Below the pieces are notes generated by a model. It was not told where the DNA came from, made no database searches, and was given only the letters and a program-made list of their open reading frames with translations. Position numbers and translations under genes: made by a program. A DNA stretch of 64,000 nucleotides from Eubacteriales bacterium (GTDB lineage Bacteria; Bacillota; Clostridia; Oscillospirales; CAG-382): NCBI GenBank assembly GCA_045636285.1, contig JAZTXJ010000046.1, forward strand, positions 7,816-71,815, in the 5' to 3' direction. Of the stretch, positions 17,200 to 26,408 are shown piece by piece (position 1 is the first letter of the stretch; each line of letters opens with the position of its first letter).

Positions 17200-18747
17200 A
17201 TGAAATTTATGAAAGCGGTATCTCTTTTGCTGGCGGCGTTGCTTGTCTGCCTGCCGATGCTTTACAGCTGTGAGCAGGAAGCCGAAGAGCAAAGCGCAGA
17301 AAGCAGTAACAGCGGCGCAAACCGCACCGAATATACCGATGAAAACGGCGCGTATTACGCAAAAACGAGCGGCAAGCGCTACGACGGCAAATCGATCGTA
17401 TTTCTCACCTGCGGCGAAGCGGTGGTTTATGAATCCGAAATTATGCCGAACACCGTTTATTACGAAGACGGCGCAAGCCAGACCTATCCTCAAATTATCA
17501 ACGACGACCTTAAGCTGAGAGCAGAACAGCTCGAAATCCAGCTCGGTCTTACGCTCGAAGAGGTGCAATATTACAGCCCCACCCGCAAAAACGGCGAAAT
17601 GCTGAAATACGTTATGCAGGGCAATCTGAGCACCACCGGCGAATATCACGTCGTTGTTCCCTGCCTTTACGACGGCGCAAGTCTTGCCTTGGGCGGACAT
17701 CTTTACAATCTCCGCGCGCTCGAAGGCTTGCAGATCGATGCACCCTGGTGGAACGCCGAATTCAACAAGAGCATGACTTACGGCGATCAGCTTTACTTTA
17801 CTATCGGCGATATAGGTCTTGTTAATAAAGCGAGCACCAGCGCACTGTTTTTTAACTATGAGCTCTGGAACAAATACGGTCTTTCCGAAAAATACGGCGG
17901 CAACCCCTATGAGCTCGTTCGCAAGGGCGAATGGGTTGTTGATACCGTGTTCGAAGCGGCAAAGATTATGAGCAACGACCTTAACTTCGACGGAAAAATA
18001 GATTACAACGACGAATACGGCTGGAGCGGACAGCTCGACGATATGTGGGGCATCTTCTTCGGCTCGGGCGAAAAAATCGCCGCTTCCGATGCCGACGGCT
18101 ACCCGATGATAACGATGTATAACTCCAGAAGCGCGAAGGTTATCGACAAGCTTCAGGAATTCGTAAAGGGCAAGGATTATTACGTTTCGGCGAACGACTA
18201 TTTCAGCGTTTCTAGCAGTCCCGTCGACCTCACGCGTGAAGCGTTTATAACCGGCAGATCGCTCTTCTTCAACGACGCGTTGAGCTCGGTTACCAGACTC
18301 GGCGATATGGAACAGCACTTCGGCGTTGTTCCCGAGCCCAAGTTCGAAAAATCGCAGGAAAACTATTATTCGCTCGTTAATCCGTGGGGTGCAAGCTGTT
18401 TCGCTATCCCCACCTCCGTGCTCGGCGACGATCTTACAATGACGGTAGACGCATTGAACGTTCTCGGCGCGGTTTCGAAGAACACGGTTGCAAAGGATTA
18501 TCAGGAAACCGTGCTTTCCTATATGAAAACCCGCGACGATGAATCGGCGGAAATGATAAACGAATATATCCTTCCCACCCGTGCCTGCGATATAGGTATG
18601 GTCTACCAGTGGGGCGGGCTCGATATTATGCTTCAGAATATGGCGTACTATCCTCAGGGCTCGTTCGCTTCGCAGTTCGAATCGAGCAAATCCGCGGCGG
18701 AAACCGCACTCAAGCAAACCATAGAATTTTACAGAAAGAACGGATAA
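17200..18747 (+). CDS. solute-binding-protein-like lipoprotein (family-1 SBP-like, LipO type)
   Basis: MKFMKAVSLLLAALLVCLPMLYSC lipobox with GGAGGG 7 nt upstream. Its architecture parallels the paralogs at 24889 and 26409 (PWWN..., GDI..., VVDTVFE...). Confidence 0.65.
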   Translation: MKFMKAVSLLLAALLVCLPMLYSCEQEAEEQSAESSNSGANRTEYTDENGAYYAKTSGKRYDGKSIVFLTCGEAVVYESEIMPNTVYYEDGASQTYPQIINDDLKLRAEQLEIQLGLTLEEVQYYSPTRKNGEMLKYVMQGNLSTTGEYHVVVPCLYDGASLALGGHLYNLRALEGLQIDAPWWNAEFNKSMTYGDQLYFTIGDIGLVNKASTSALFFNYELWNKYGLSEKYGGNPYELVRKGEWVVDTVFEAAKIMSNDLNFDGKIDYNDEYGWSGQLDDMWGIFFGSGEKIAASDADGYPMITMYNSRSAKVIDKLQEFVKGKDYYVSANDYFSVSSSPVDLTREAFITGRSLFFNDALSSVTRLGDMEQHFGVVPEPKFEKSQENYYSLVNPWGASCFAIPTSVLGDDLTMTVDALNVLGAVSKNTVAKDYQETVLSYMKTRDDESAEMINEYILPTRACDIGMVYQWGGLDIMLQNMAYYPQGSFASQFESSKSAAETALKQTIEFYRKNG

Positions 18748-18751
18748 CAAT

Positions 18752-20170
18752 ATGAAACGTACGTTTTTAATATTCCTTTCGGCAATTCTCTGCTTTGGGC
18801 TTTTCGCCTGCGGCGAAGCTATCGAACCGACCGAATCGGCTCAATCCTCGCAGGAAGCGCAATCCTCGCAGGAAGAGCAGTCCTCGAAAGCGGAGCAATC
18901 CTCGCAGGCTGTTTCGGAATCGGAAGAGGAGCAGTCCTCACAAGCGGAACAGAGCTCGCAAGCCGAGCCCGATACCGTTGCTCCGATAATAACGCTCGAA
19001 GCGGGAACCGAATCCGTGACTGTTAAAAACGGCGAAGAATACGACCTTATGACCGGCGTTTCGGGCTATGACGAAACCGACGGCGACATTACCGATAAAA
19101 TAACGATAAGCAAGGGAGGCTTTGATTCGGCAAAGGCCGGAGAATACACCGTGACATATAATCTTAAAGACAGCGCGGGTAACGCCGCAACCGAAATGAC
19201 ACGCAAAATAACCGTAACCGAAAAGGAAAGCGATTCGGGCTACGAAATTTACAACGGAGCAATCGCGGGCGAAAAGCTCAACCCCAAGCCCCACCCCGTT
19301 TTCGGCGGTGCCTGGTACCACAAGGTAGTATCCTCGAAGGATAAGTGGATCGGTATCGAAGGCACGGTAACCCTTCCCGAAGTAAAGCTTTCGCGCTATA
19401 ACGGCACGAGCAACCCCGCACTGAACGTCGATCCCAACGTTAAAAGCAAGGATAACCCTTCGGTTTATCTCGGCGGCAACGCGATGAGCGAATCGGACGT
19501 CGGACTTTCCCTCTCGCTCGGCGTTATCGATACGAAAACAAATAAAATCAGCACGGGAAGCATAGCCTTCCGCCCCTTCTGGCGCTATATTACCGAAAAC
19601 GATAAGGACGTCGGCGGCTATGACGTTCACGACGGCAAATACGCCGTTACCGCAAACGGAAACAACTGCTTTGCAAACTATCATTGGAGATATACCGAAT
19701 ATTACTATCTCCCCGGCGACACGCTCCGTATAAGCGTTTATTCGCCCGCACCCGATAAGTTACAGATGAAAATCGAGGTTATCGAAAAATCCACGCTTGC
19801 TTCCTCGGTCGAAATGCGTGAAAAATACGGCTGGAACGACCCTGCGGACTTTATAAGCCCGATCTTCTCCTCGCCCGGACACGGAAAAGGGCTTGCCGCG
19901 GAATTCAAGCGCGTAAACGCAATCGACCAGAGCGGTAACGAAGGCGGCGTGGCGGCGAACACCAACACCGAAGTCACAAACGCGATCTGGCACAGCACCT
20001 ATCTCTACCGCGAAATCGACGGAAAGGTTTACCGCGTGCCGATGAACGAAGCGCGCCGTGCGACTACCGATGCACCCTATAAAGATGCGTTCGAAATAAC
20101 CACCGACAAGGAATCCTCTGCAATCGGCGGCGAAACCGTAACCATTAAGCCCAACAACGAAAATAAATAA
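18752..20170 (+). CDS. lipoprotein with SSQ(E/A)EQ linker repeats, one bacterial Ig-like domain and a C-terminal domain of about 310 aa with unknown function
   Basis: Lipobox LFAC. DTVAPIITLEAG...GEYTVTYNLKDSAGNAA is a DUF5011-style Ig fold. The rest is not recognisable by eye. Confidence 0.6.
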   Translation: MKRTFLIFLSAILCFGLFACGEAIEPTESAQSSQEAQSSQEEQSSKAEQSSQAVSESEEEQSSQAEQSSQAEPDTVAPIITLEAGTESVTVKNGEEYDLMTGVSGYDETDGDITDKITISKGGFDSAKAGEYTVTYNLKDSAGNAATEMTRKITVTEKESDSGYEIYNGAIAGEKLNPKPHPVFGGAWYHKVVSSKDKWIGIEGTVTLPEVKLSRYNGTSNPALNVDPNVKSKDNPSVYLGGNAMSESDVGLSLSLGVIDTKTNKISTGSIAFRPFWRYITENDKDVGGYDVHDGKYAVTANGNNCFANYHWRYTEYYYLPGDTLRISVYSPAPDKLQMKIEVIEKSTLASSVEMREKYGWNDPADFISPIFSSPGHGKGLAAEFKRVNAIDQSGNEGGVAANTNTEVTNAIWHSTYLYREIDGKVYRVPMNEARRATTDAPYKDAFEITTDKESSAIGGETVTIKPNNENK

Positions 20171-20192
20171 AAGCATAAAGGAGAACACAAAA

Positions 20193-21038
20193 ATGAAAGT
20201 AGGCGTTTGCTTAAGCCTTGTTGACATGGCTGAAATGCCCCAAAAATTAAAGACCTTGAGAGAGCAGGGATTCGATAACTGCCAGCTTCTCTCCTGGAGC
20301 CCTGCACGCTGGACCGATGAAAACGCAGAAAAGCTCAACGAGCTTCTTGCGGAATACGGCGTAACTATTTCTGCATTCTGGTGCGGCTGGGAAGGCCCTT
20401 GCACCTGGAACTTCTATGAAGGTCAGCAGAATCTCGGTCTTGTTCCCCCTCAGTACCGCGAAATGCGTGTTAAGAACCTCTGCGACGGTGCAGACTTCGC
20501 AGCAAAGCTCGGCGTTGAAAACGTAGTTACACACATGGGCTTTATCCCCGAAAACCCCAACGATCCCGAATTTTTACCCTTCTGCGAAGCAGTAAAGAGA
20601 GTTGCCGATCATCTTAAAAAGAACAACCAGTGGTTGCTTTTCGAAACCGGTCAGGAAACCCCCGTTACCATGCTCCGTTGCTTCGAAACCGCAGGTGCGG
20701 ATAACCTCGGCGTAAACCTCGATACCGCAAACGTTATTCTTTACGGCAGAGCAAACCCCGTTGACAGCTTGGACGTTTTCGGCAAGTACGTTCGTAACCT
20801 CCACGCAAAAGACGGCAAATACCCCACAAACGGACACGACCTCGGTGTTGAAACCGCTATCGGCGAAGGTAAGGTTGACTTCTACGGCGTTATCAAGGGC
20901 TTGCACGAGCTCGGCTACGACGGCTACGTTACTATCGAACGCGAAATCGAAGGCGAACAGCAGGCGAAGGATATTATCAAGGCTAAGGAATACCTCGAAG
21001 GCATTATAAAGGAAATCACCGGCAAGGACGCTGAATAA
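20193..21038 (+). CDS. sugar phosphate isomerase/epimerase (xylose-isomerase-like TIM barrel)
   Basis: 281 aa with VVTHMGF, LLFETGQE, NLDTANV, LHAKDG and TIEREI motifs. Confidence 0.7.
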   Translation: MKVGVCLSLVDMAEMPQKLKTLREQGFDNCQLLSWSPARWTDENAEKLNELLAEYGVTISAFWCGWEGPCTWNFYEGQQNLGLVPPQYREMRVKNLCDGADFAAKLGVENVVTHMGFIPENPNDPEFLPFCEAVKRVADHLKKNNQWLLFETGQETPVTMLRCFETAGADNLGVNLDTANVILYGRANPVDSLDVFGKYVRNLHAKDGKYPTNGHDLGVETAIGEGKVDFYGVIKGLHELGYDGYVTIEREIEGEQQAKDIIKAKEYLEGIIKEITGKDAE

Positions 21039-21060
21039 TAAAAGTCAAGTGAGTGATATT

Positions 21061-21852
21061 ATGCGTTTCACAAAAATGCAGGGTTTGGGCAACGATTATC
21101 TTTACTTCTTCGGTGAGGTGCCCGATAACGTTGCGGAGCTGACAAAAAGGCTTTCCGACCGTCATTTCGGCGTCGGATCGGACGGCACCGTCTTTATAAC
21201 AGGCTCGGAAAACGCCGATTTCGGTATGCGTATCTTCAACGCGGACGGTAGCGAGGCAATGATGTGCGGAAACGGCATCCGTTGCGTCGGCAAATACGTT
21301 TACGATAAAGGGCATACGCAGAAGACCGAAATCACCGTCGAAACCCGCTCGGGCATAAAAACGCTTACGCTTTATCCCGAAGGCAAGCGCGTAAAAAGCA
21401 TTCGCGTCGGTATGGGCAAAGCGGTTGCGGGCGGCGAAGCCGTTATAACCGTGAACAAAAGCGAAGTGAGCTTCATTCCCGTCGACGTCGGCAATCCCCA
21501 CGCGGTCATCTTCGTCGACGATGCCGAAAAAGCCCCCGTTTATACACTCGGCGCGGACATTTGCGGAGATCGCTACTTCAAAGACGGCGTGAACGTTGAA
21601 TTCGTTTCCCGAATAGGCGAAAACAGGATTCGTATGCGCGTTTTCGAAAGAGGAAGCGGCGTAACCATGGCTTGCGGCACCGGCGCGGTGGCTTCTGCCG
21701 TTGCGGCGGCAAGCGTCGGGCTTTGCTCGGCGGATAAGCCGATATACGTTCTTCTCGACGGCGGCGAGCTTAAAATCGAGCTTTGCAGGGACGGGCGTGC
21801 TTTTATGACAGGTCCTGCGGAAACCGTTTGCGATTGCGAAATCGAAATTTAG
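21061..21852 (+). CDS. dapF: diaminopimelate epimerase
   Basis: MRFTKMQGLGNDY, with both catalytic Cys motifs (MCGNGIRC and MACGTGA). Confidence 0.92.
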   Translation: MRFTKMQGLGNDYLYFFGEVPDNVAELTKRLSDRHFGVGSDGTVFITGSENADFGMRIFNADGSEAMMCGNGIRCVGKYVYDKGHTQKTEITVETRSGIKTLTLYPEGKRVKSIRVGMGKAVAGGEAVITVNKSEVSFIPVDVGNPHAVIFVDDAEKAPVYTLGADICGDRYFKDGVNVEFVSRIGENRIRMRVFERGSGVTMACGTGAVASAVAAASVGLCSADKPIYVLLDGGELKIELCRDGRAFMTGPAETVCDCEIEI

Positions 21853-21918
21853 AACTTTTAAAACCCCATAGACATTATTCGGTCGATATGATAGAATAAT
21901 ATCTGTGGGGTGATTTTT

Positions 21919-22668
21919 TTGAAAAAGAAGGATTTGGCTGTAAAATATTCTGCGACAGCGCTCGGCTCGGTGTTTGTTCTGCTCGGAGTTATCTACAATA
22001 TAAAATCTAATTTTACGGTCGGAACGGTTTTTGCATATCTGCTCGGCGTGATTTTGCTCCTTTACGGCGTGCTTTACAAAAGGCTTTCGCGCGCTCTGCC
22101 GAAATGGCTTAAATACACAGCCGTTTTCGGATATATCTTCGTTTTGGCGTTCACTGCGGCGGTTTATATCTGTGGCGCGAACGATACCGTCACCTATAAA
22201 GAAGATGCGGTTATCGTGCTCGGCGCGGGTATAAAGGGCGAAATGATAGGCAGTAACCTGCAGGAACGGCTCGATACCGCGCTCGAATACCACGAAATGA
22301 ATCCGAATGCCGTTATCGTGGTAAGCGGCGGCAAGGGAAATTACGAAAGCATTACCGAAGCGCTGGCGATGGAGCGTTATCTGGTGCAAAACGGCGTTCC
22401 GCAGGAAAAGATCATTAAAGAGGAGCGCTCGACAAGCACCGAAGAAAATTTCGCATTTTCGAAGGAAATACTCGATTCGCATTTCGAAAACGGCTACACC
22501 GCCGCATATATCACCAACGGCTTTCATATCTACCGTTCAGGCTGTATGGGCGAAGCGCAGGGGTTTGGCGGGCTCACTCATTTAGGCGCGAAAACGCCGT
22601 GGTATACCGCAGTGCCGAACGGTCTGCGCGAAATGCTTGCGATATTGAAAATGTGGATATTCGGATAA
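21919..22668 (+). CDS. YdcF/ElyC (DUF218) family membrane protein
   Basis: Three N-terminal TM helices, then VIVLGAG...VVSGGKG...STSTEEN. Start is taken at TTG 21919 behind the extended SD GGGGTGAT. The ORF-track GTG at 21910 directly abuts this extended SD, which runs through it. Confidence 0.75.
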   Translation: MKKKDLAVKYSATALGSVFVLLGVIYNIKSNFTVGTVFAYLLGVILLLYGVLYKRLSRALPKWLKYTAVFGYIFVLAFTAAVYICGANDTVTYKEDAVIVLGAGIKGEMIGSNLQERLDTALEYHEMNPNAVIVVSGGKGNYESITEALAMERYLVQNGVPQEKIIKEERSTSTEENFAFSKEILDSHFENGYTAAYITNGFHIYRSGCMGEAQGFGGLTHLGAKTPWYTAVPNGLREMLAILKMWIFG

Positions 22669-22781
22669 AACAATCGGATAAACAAAACGCCTGCAGATTT
22701 GGTGCAATACTCGGTTAAGAGTATCACGCCGAATCCGCAGGCTTTTTTCACGCAGGTGAAACAAGAAAGGAAAGGCTTATT

Positions 22782-23477
22782 CTATTGATTTTCGACCATA
22801 ACCTCGAACTTATAGCCGACACCCCAAATCGTTTTGAGCACCCATTTTTCCGAAGCACCCTCCAGCTTTTCGCGCAGGCGCTTTATGTGAACGTCAACCG
22901 TGCGGCTGTCGCCGAGGTAATCGAAGCCCCAGACCTTATCCAAAAGCTGATCGCGGGTGAAAACGTGGTTGTAGTGCGAGGCAAGGAAGTAAATGAGCTC
23001 CAATTCCTTCGGGGGAAGATCTACCGATCTGCCGCAAACCCGTAGCTCGTATTTCTGGAGCGAAATTTCGAGATTATCGAACTTAATAAGCTCGCCGTCC
23101 GCCTTGTCGCGCTTTGCATAGCGGCGAAGCACCGCCTTTATGCGTGCGAATACCTCTTTCATATCCAACGGCTTAACGATAAAATCGTCGGCGCCGAGCT
23201 CAAGCCCCAAAACCTTGTCGATCGTTTCGCCCTTGGCGGTGATCATTATTATCGGCTTTAAGGATTGCTCGCGGATTTCACGGCAAATCTGCCAGCCGTC
23301 CTTTTTGGGAAGCATAATATCGAGCAGAACCATATCGGGATCGTACATACGGAAAGCCGACATACCTTCTATTCCGTCGTTGGCGATACGCACCTCGTAT
23401 CCCTCCTTTTCGAGATACATTCGAAGCAGATCGCATATATTCATATCGTCGTCAATAACGAGTATTCTGGTTGCCAT
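22782..23477 (-). CDS. OmpR/PhoB-family response regulator with no adjacent kinase
   Basis: RILVIDDD...LLDIMLPKKDG...ITAKGE...GADDFIVKP, plus a winged helix (DVHIKRLREKL, WGVGYKF). Confidence 0.9.
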   Translation of the reverse strand: MATRILVIDDDMNICDLLRMYLEKEGYEVRIANDGIEGMSAFRMYDPDMVLLDIMLPKKDGWQICREIREQSLKPIIMITAKGETIDKVLGLELGADDFIVKPLDMKEVFARIKAVLRRYAKRDKADGELIKFDNLEISLQKYELRVCGRSVDLPPKELELIYFLASHYNHVFTRDQLLDKVWGFDYLGDSRTVDVHIKRLREKLEGASEKWVLKTIWGVGYKFEVMVENQ

Positions 23478-23638
23478 AGCAAAATTCTCCTTTTCTTTAA
23501 CAATTTAAATTTTAACTCAAATTTACCTTGTGTCTATATTTTAAACCATTTTCTTTGCTGTGTCAAGGGGAATTATCACATATATTGTTAACTATTGTTT
23601 AATTTTTTATGCGTTTAAATATGACTAAAAATTATATA

Positions 23639-23667
23639 TTGCATATCTCGCGGAAATGTATTATACT
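23639..23667 (+). promoter_or_regulatory. sigma-A-type promoter TTGCAT-N17-TATACT for ychF
   Basis: Hexamers at 23639-23644 and 23662-23667. Confidence 0.5.
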
Positions 23668-23728
23668 ATTTGGGAATAAACACGCGCGCACGCGCGCGAA
23701 GTTGTCGGTTCAAGGAGATTTTTTATTT

Positions 23729-24823
23729 ATGAAACTTGGTATAGTAGGCCTGCCCAACGTCGGCAAGAGCACACTGTTTAATGCACTCACAAAGGCGGGT
23801 GCCGAAAGTGCAAACTATGCGTTCTGCACTATCGATCCCAACGTCGGCGTCGTTCCCGTTCCCGACGAACGCCTTGATAAGCTCGCCGAGCTCTACAATC
23901 CCAAAAAGGTTACCCACGCAACCGTCGAATTTGTCGATATTGCGGGCTTGGTAAAGGGCGCGGCAAACGGCGAAGGTCTTGGCAATAAATTCCTTTCGCA
24001 CATCCGCGAGGTAGATGCGATCGTGCACGTCGTTCGTTGCTTCGGCGGAAGCAAAATAATCCACGTCGAAGATTCGGTCGATCCCGCGCGTGACGTCGAA
24101 ACGATAAACACCGAGCTTATTCTTTCGGATATCGAAATGCTCGAACGCGCTATCGACAGACTCACAAAAGCAGGCAAGGGCGATAAAAGCGCGCTTGCGG
24201 ATGCAGAGGTACTCAAAAGAGTCTGCGCCGAGCTCACAAAGGGCATTTGCGCAAGAAACGTTTCGCTTTCCGAAAGCGAAGCAGAGCTTTTGAAAACCGT
24301 TCCTCTTCTTTCGGGCAAGCCTGTAATTTACTGTGCAAACGTTTCCGAAGACGATCTTGCCCGTCCCGATGAAGAAAACGAATATTACAACGCATTAAAG
24401 GCTTATATCGCAGGCGAGGATGCCGAAATAATTTCGGTCTGCGCCGAAACCGAAGCGGCCTTGGGCGATCTCGATGAAGAAGAGCAGCAGGCTTATCTTG
24501 AAGATTTGGGAGTTACCGAAACAGGTCTTTCCAAGCTTATAAAAGCGTCCTATGCATTGCTCGGACTTATTTCCTTCCTCACCGCAGGCGAACCCGAGGT
24601 TCGCGCATGGACTATAAAGAAGGGCACGAAGGCGCCCGGTGCGGCAGGTAAGATACACACCGATTTCGAACGCGGATTTATTCGTGCCGAGGTCGTTCCC
24701 TATGAAGCACTTATCGAAAAGGGCTCGCTTACCGCTTGCAAGGAAGCAGGACTTGTAAGAAGCGAAGGCAAGGAATACGTTATGAACGACGGCGACGTTG
24801 TTCTCTTCAGATTCAACGTATAA
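23729..24823 (+). CDS. ychF: redox-regulated ribosome-binding ATPase YchF
   Basis: [21 protein letters not shown], with AAGGAG upstream and a TGS-like C-terminus [11 protein letters not shown]. Start is at the internal ATG 23729. Confidence 0.92.
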   Translation: MKLGIVGLPNVGKSTLFNALTKAGAESANYAFCTIDPNVGVVPVPDERLDKLAELYNPKKVTHATVEFVDIAGLVKGAANGEGLGNKFLSHIREVDAIVHVVRCFGGSKIIHVEDSVDPARDVETINTELILSDIEMLERAIDRLTKAGKGDKSALADAEVLKRVCAELTKGICARNVSLSESEAELLKTVPLLSGKPVIYCANVSEDDLARPDEENEYYNALKAYIAGEDAEIISVCAETEAALGDLDEEEQQAYLEDLGVTETGLSKLIKASYALLGLISFLTAGEPEVRAWTIKKGTKAPGAAGKIHTDFERGFIRAEVVPYEALIEKGSLTACKEAGLVRSEGKEYVMNDGDVVLFRFNV

Positions 24824-24888
24824 ACTCAAAACAACATATCGCATCGCACAAAGCCCGTTAAAACGGCTACAACGAGAAAGGACCTGCC

Positions 24889-26370
24889 ATGAAAAAGCTC
24901 ATTACGTGTGTTTTGGCAATTTTAATGCTCGCGGTGCCTCTCGCGGCGTGCGGAAACGGCAACGCCGAAAATTCCGAGGGTTCCGAAAACGGCAACACGC
25001 TTCAGTGCACCACCCCTGTTAAAGACCTGAACGGCAGACAAATCAACGTCCTTTGCCACGACTTTGCGGCAGGCGTTCAGCTTCTTTTCGGATATACCGG
25101 TGAAATCATATATTCCGAAGAAAACCCCTCTTCTGTTGACGAAGCAAAGAAAATCGTCTGCGATTACGTAGAATCGGCTTACAACTGCAACATCGAAGGC
25201 GAGCTCACCTCGTCTGTTTACGGCTCCGACGTGGTTACGCTTGTGAAGAATCAGGTAGCCTCGGGACTGCATCAGTACGATATAGTTTTCGACAGCCTCG
25301 GCAGAGCTCCCACTCTCGCTCTCGAAGGAATGCTCGTCGATCTGAAAAGCGTTTCCACCATCGATCTTTCTAAGCCCTGGTGGGACCAGAACGCAGTAAA
25401 CGATCTTTCGGTGTCGGGTAAGGTTTTCTTTGTCAACGGCGACATCAACACCTACGACGATCAAGGTACCTGGTGCGTGCTTTTCAACAAGTCGCTCAAG
25501 GACAGACTAGGTATCGAAGAGGATTTCTATCAGCTCGTGCGCGACGATAAATGGACCTTCGACAAATTCGTCGAAATCTGTTCCGAAAGCGGCGCGACCT
25601 TCGATTCCTCTGCAGACGGCGTTCAGGACGAGCACGATAACTGGGCGTTCGGCACCGAAACCTATAACATCTACATCCACCTCGCAGGTGCGGGCATCAA
25701 GATCGCCGAAAAGGACGAAAACGATCTTCCCGTGCTCACGGCAATAGAGTCTCCCGACCGGACATACAACCTTCTTTCCGAAGTGCTCGACTTTTATAAC
25801 CGTTCCGAGCTCGTTATGGTTGCAAACACCGAGCCCTACTTAAGCAAGGGCTATCCCAACGTTTTCGAAGCTACCGTGCACACCGCATTCCTCGAGGGCA
25901 GAGAGCTCTTCTATATGTGCGGTCTTATGAACGGTCCCAGCTTCCGCGTTATGACAGACGAATTCGGTATCCTTCCCATTCCCAAGCACTACGAAACGCA
26001 GGACAGATATTATCACACCATATCCTCTTATAACTCCACCGTGCTTATGATTCCCGAGGGAACCCCCAACGTCGAAGATCTCGGTCTTGTCATTTCTGCT
26101 CTTGCAGAGCTTTCCAAGCAGCGCGTTACTCCCGCTTATTACGACGTTCAGCTCAAATACCGCGACACCCGTGACAGCGAATCCGGCGAAATGCTCGACA
26201 TCATCTTCGCTTCCCGTACCTTCGACCTCGGCTGCTATTACAACTGGGGCGGTGTGCGCGATCTCTATACCGACATCAGCCCGAACGTCGCTTCAAGATT
26301 CGAAAACAAAATCCATATCGCGCAGAGCGCAATGGACGAGTTTATCGATACCGTCCTCGCTAAAAATTAA
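24889..26370 (+). CDS. solute-binding-protein-like lipoprotein, tandem paralog A
   Basis: Lipobox LAAC. Long blocks are identical or near-identical to the next gene (DDKWTFDKFVEIC, DEFGILPIPK, VTPAYYDVQLKYRD). Confidence 0.7.
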   Translation: MKKLITCVLAILMLAVPLAACGNGNAENSEGSENGNTLQCTTPVKDLNGRQINVLCHDFAAGVQLLFGYTGEIIYSEENPSSVDEAKKIVCDYVESAYNCNIEGELTSSVYGSDVVTLVKNQVASGLHQYDIVFDSLGRAPTLALEGMLVDLKSVSTIDLSKPWWDQNAVNDLSVSGKVFFVNGDINTYDDQGTWCVLFNKSLKDRLGIEEDFYQLVRDDKWTFDKFVEICSESGATFDSSADGVQDEHDNWAFGTETYNIYIHLAGAGIKIAEKDENDLPVLTAIESPDRTYNLLSEVLDFYNRSELVMVANTEPYLSKGYPNVFEATVHTAFLEGRELFYMCGLMNGPSFRVMTDEFGILPIPKHYETQDRYYHTISSYNSTVLMIPEGTPNVEDLGLVISALAELSKQRVTPAYYDVQLKYRDTRDSESGEMLDIIFASRTFDLGCYYNWGGVRDLYTDISPNVASRFENKIHIAQSAMDEFIDTVLAKN

Positions 26371-26408
26371 TAATAAATAAAAAAACACATACCGAAAGGA
26401 CTCCAGCA

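Noticed and set aside
17164-18750. Very long antisense ORFs mirroring real genes, for example 8305-9351(-), 13599-14759(-), 15316-16350(-), 17164-18750(-), 21016-22527(-), 26430-27692(-), 27903-29921(-), 31411-32706(-), 33841-34881(-), 50325-51764(+), 55208-56185(+), 57672-58874(+), 60493-61695(+) and 62248-63096(+)
   Set aside because: The opposite strand carries clear family motifs in each case (P-loops, lipoboxes, catalytic motifs). The shadow frames are low-complexity and rich in Arg, Val, Phe and Ala, as expected from GC3-biased coding sequence, and they lack SD sequences.
19230-20170. Resemblance of the lipoprotein C-terminal domain to glutamic (G1) peptidase or concanavalin-like folds (GGAW..., IEGTVTLPE, YLGGNA)
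   Set aside because: It rests only on a few short motif-like strings read by eye. No catalytic Gln/Glu pair can be assigned without an alignment, so I leave it as unknown.
23609-23728. N-terminal extensions suggested by the ORF track for ychF (23609), mutS (40883), the FtsX permease (46077), prmA (54850), spoIIIAH (1488), the amidohydrolase (12829) and ldhA (32724)
   Set aside because: In each case an internal start with a good SD matches the conserved N-terminus of the family. The extensions are basic or low-complexity, or overlap the upstream gene or promoter.
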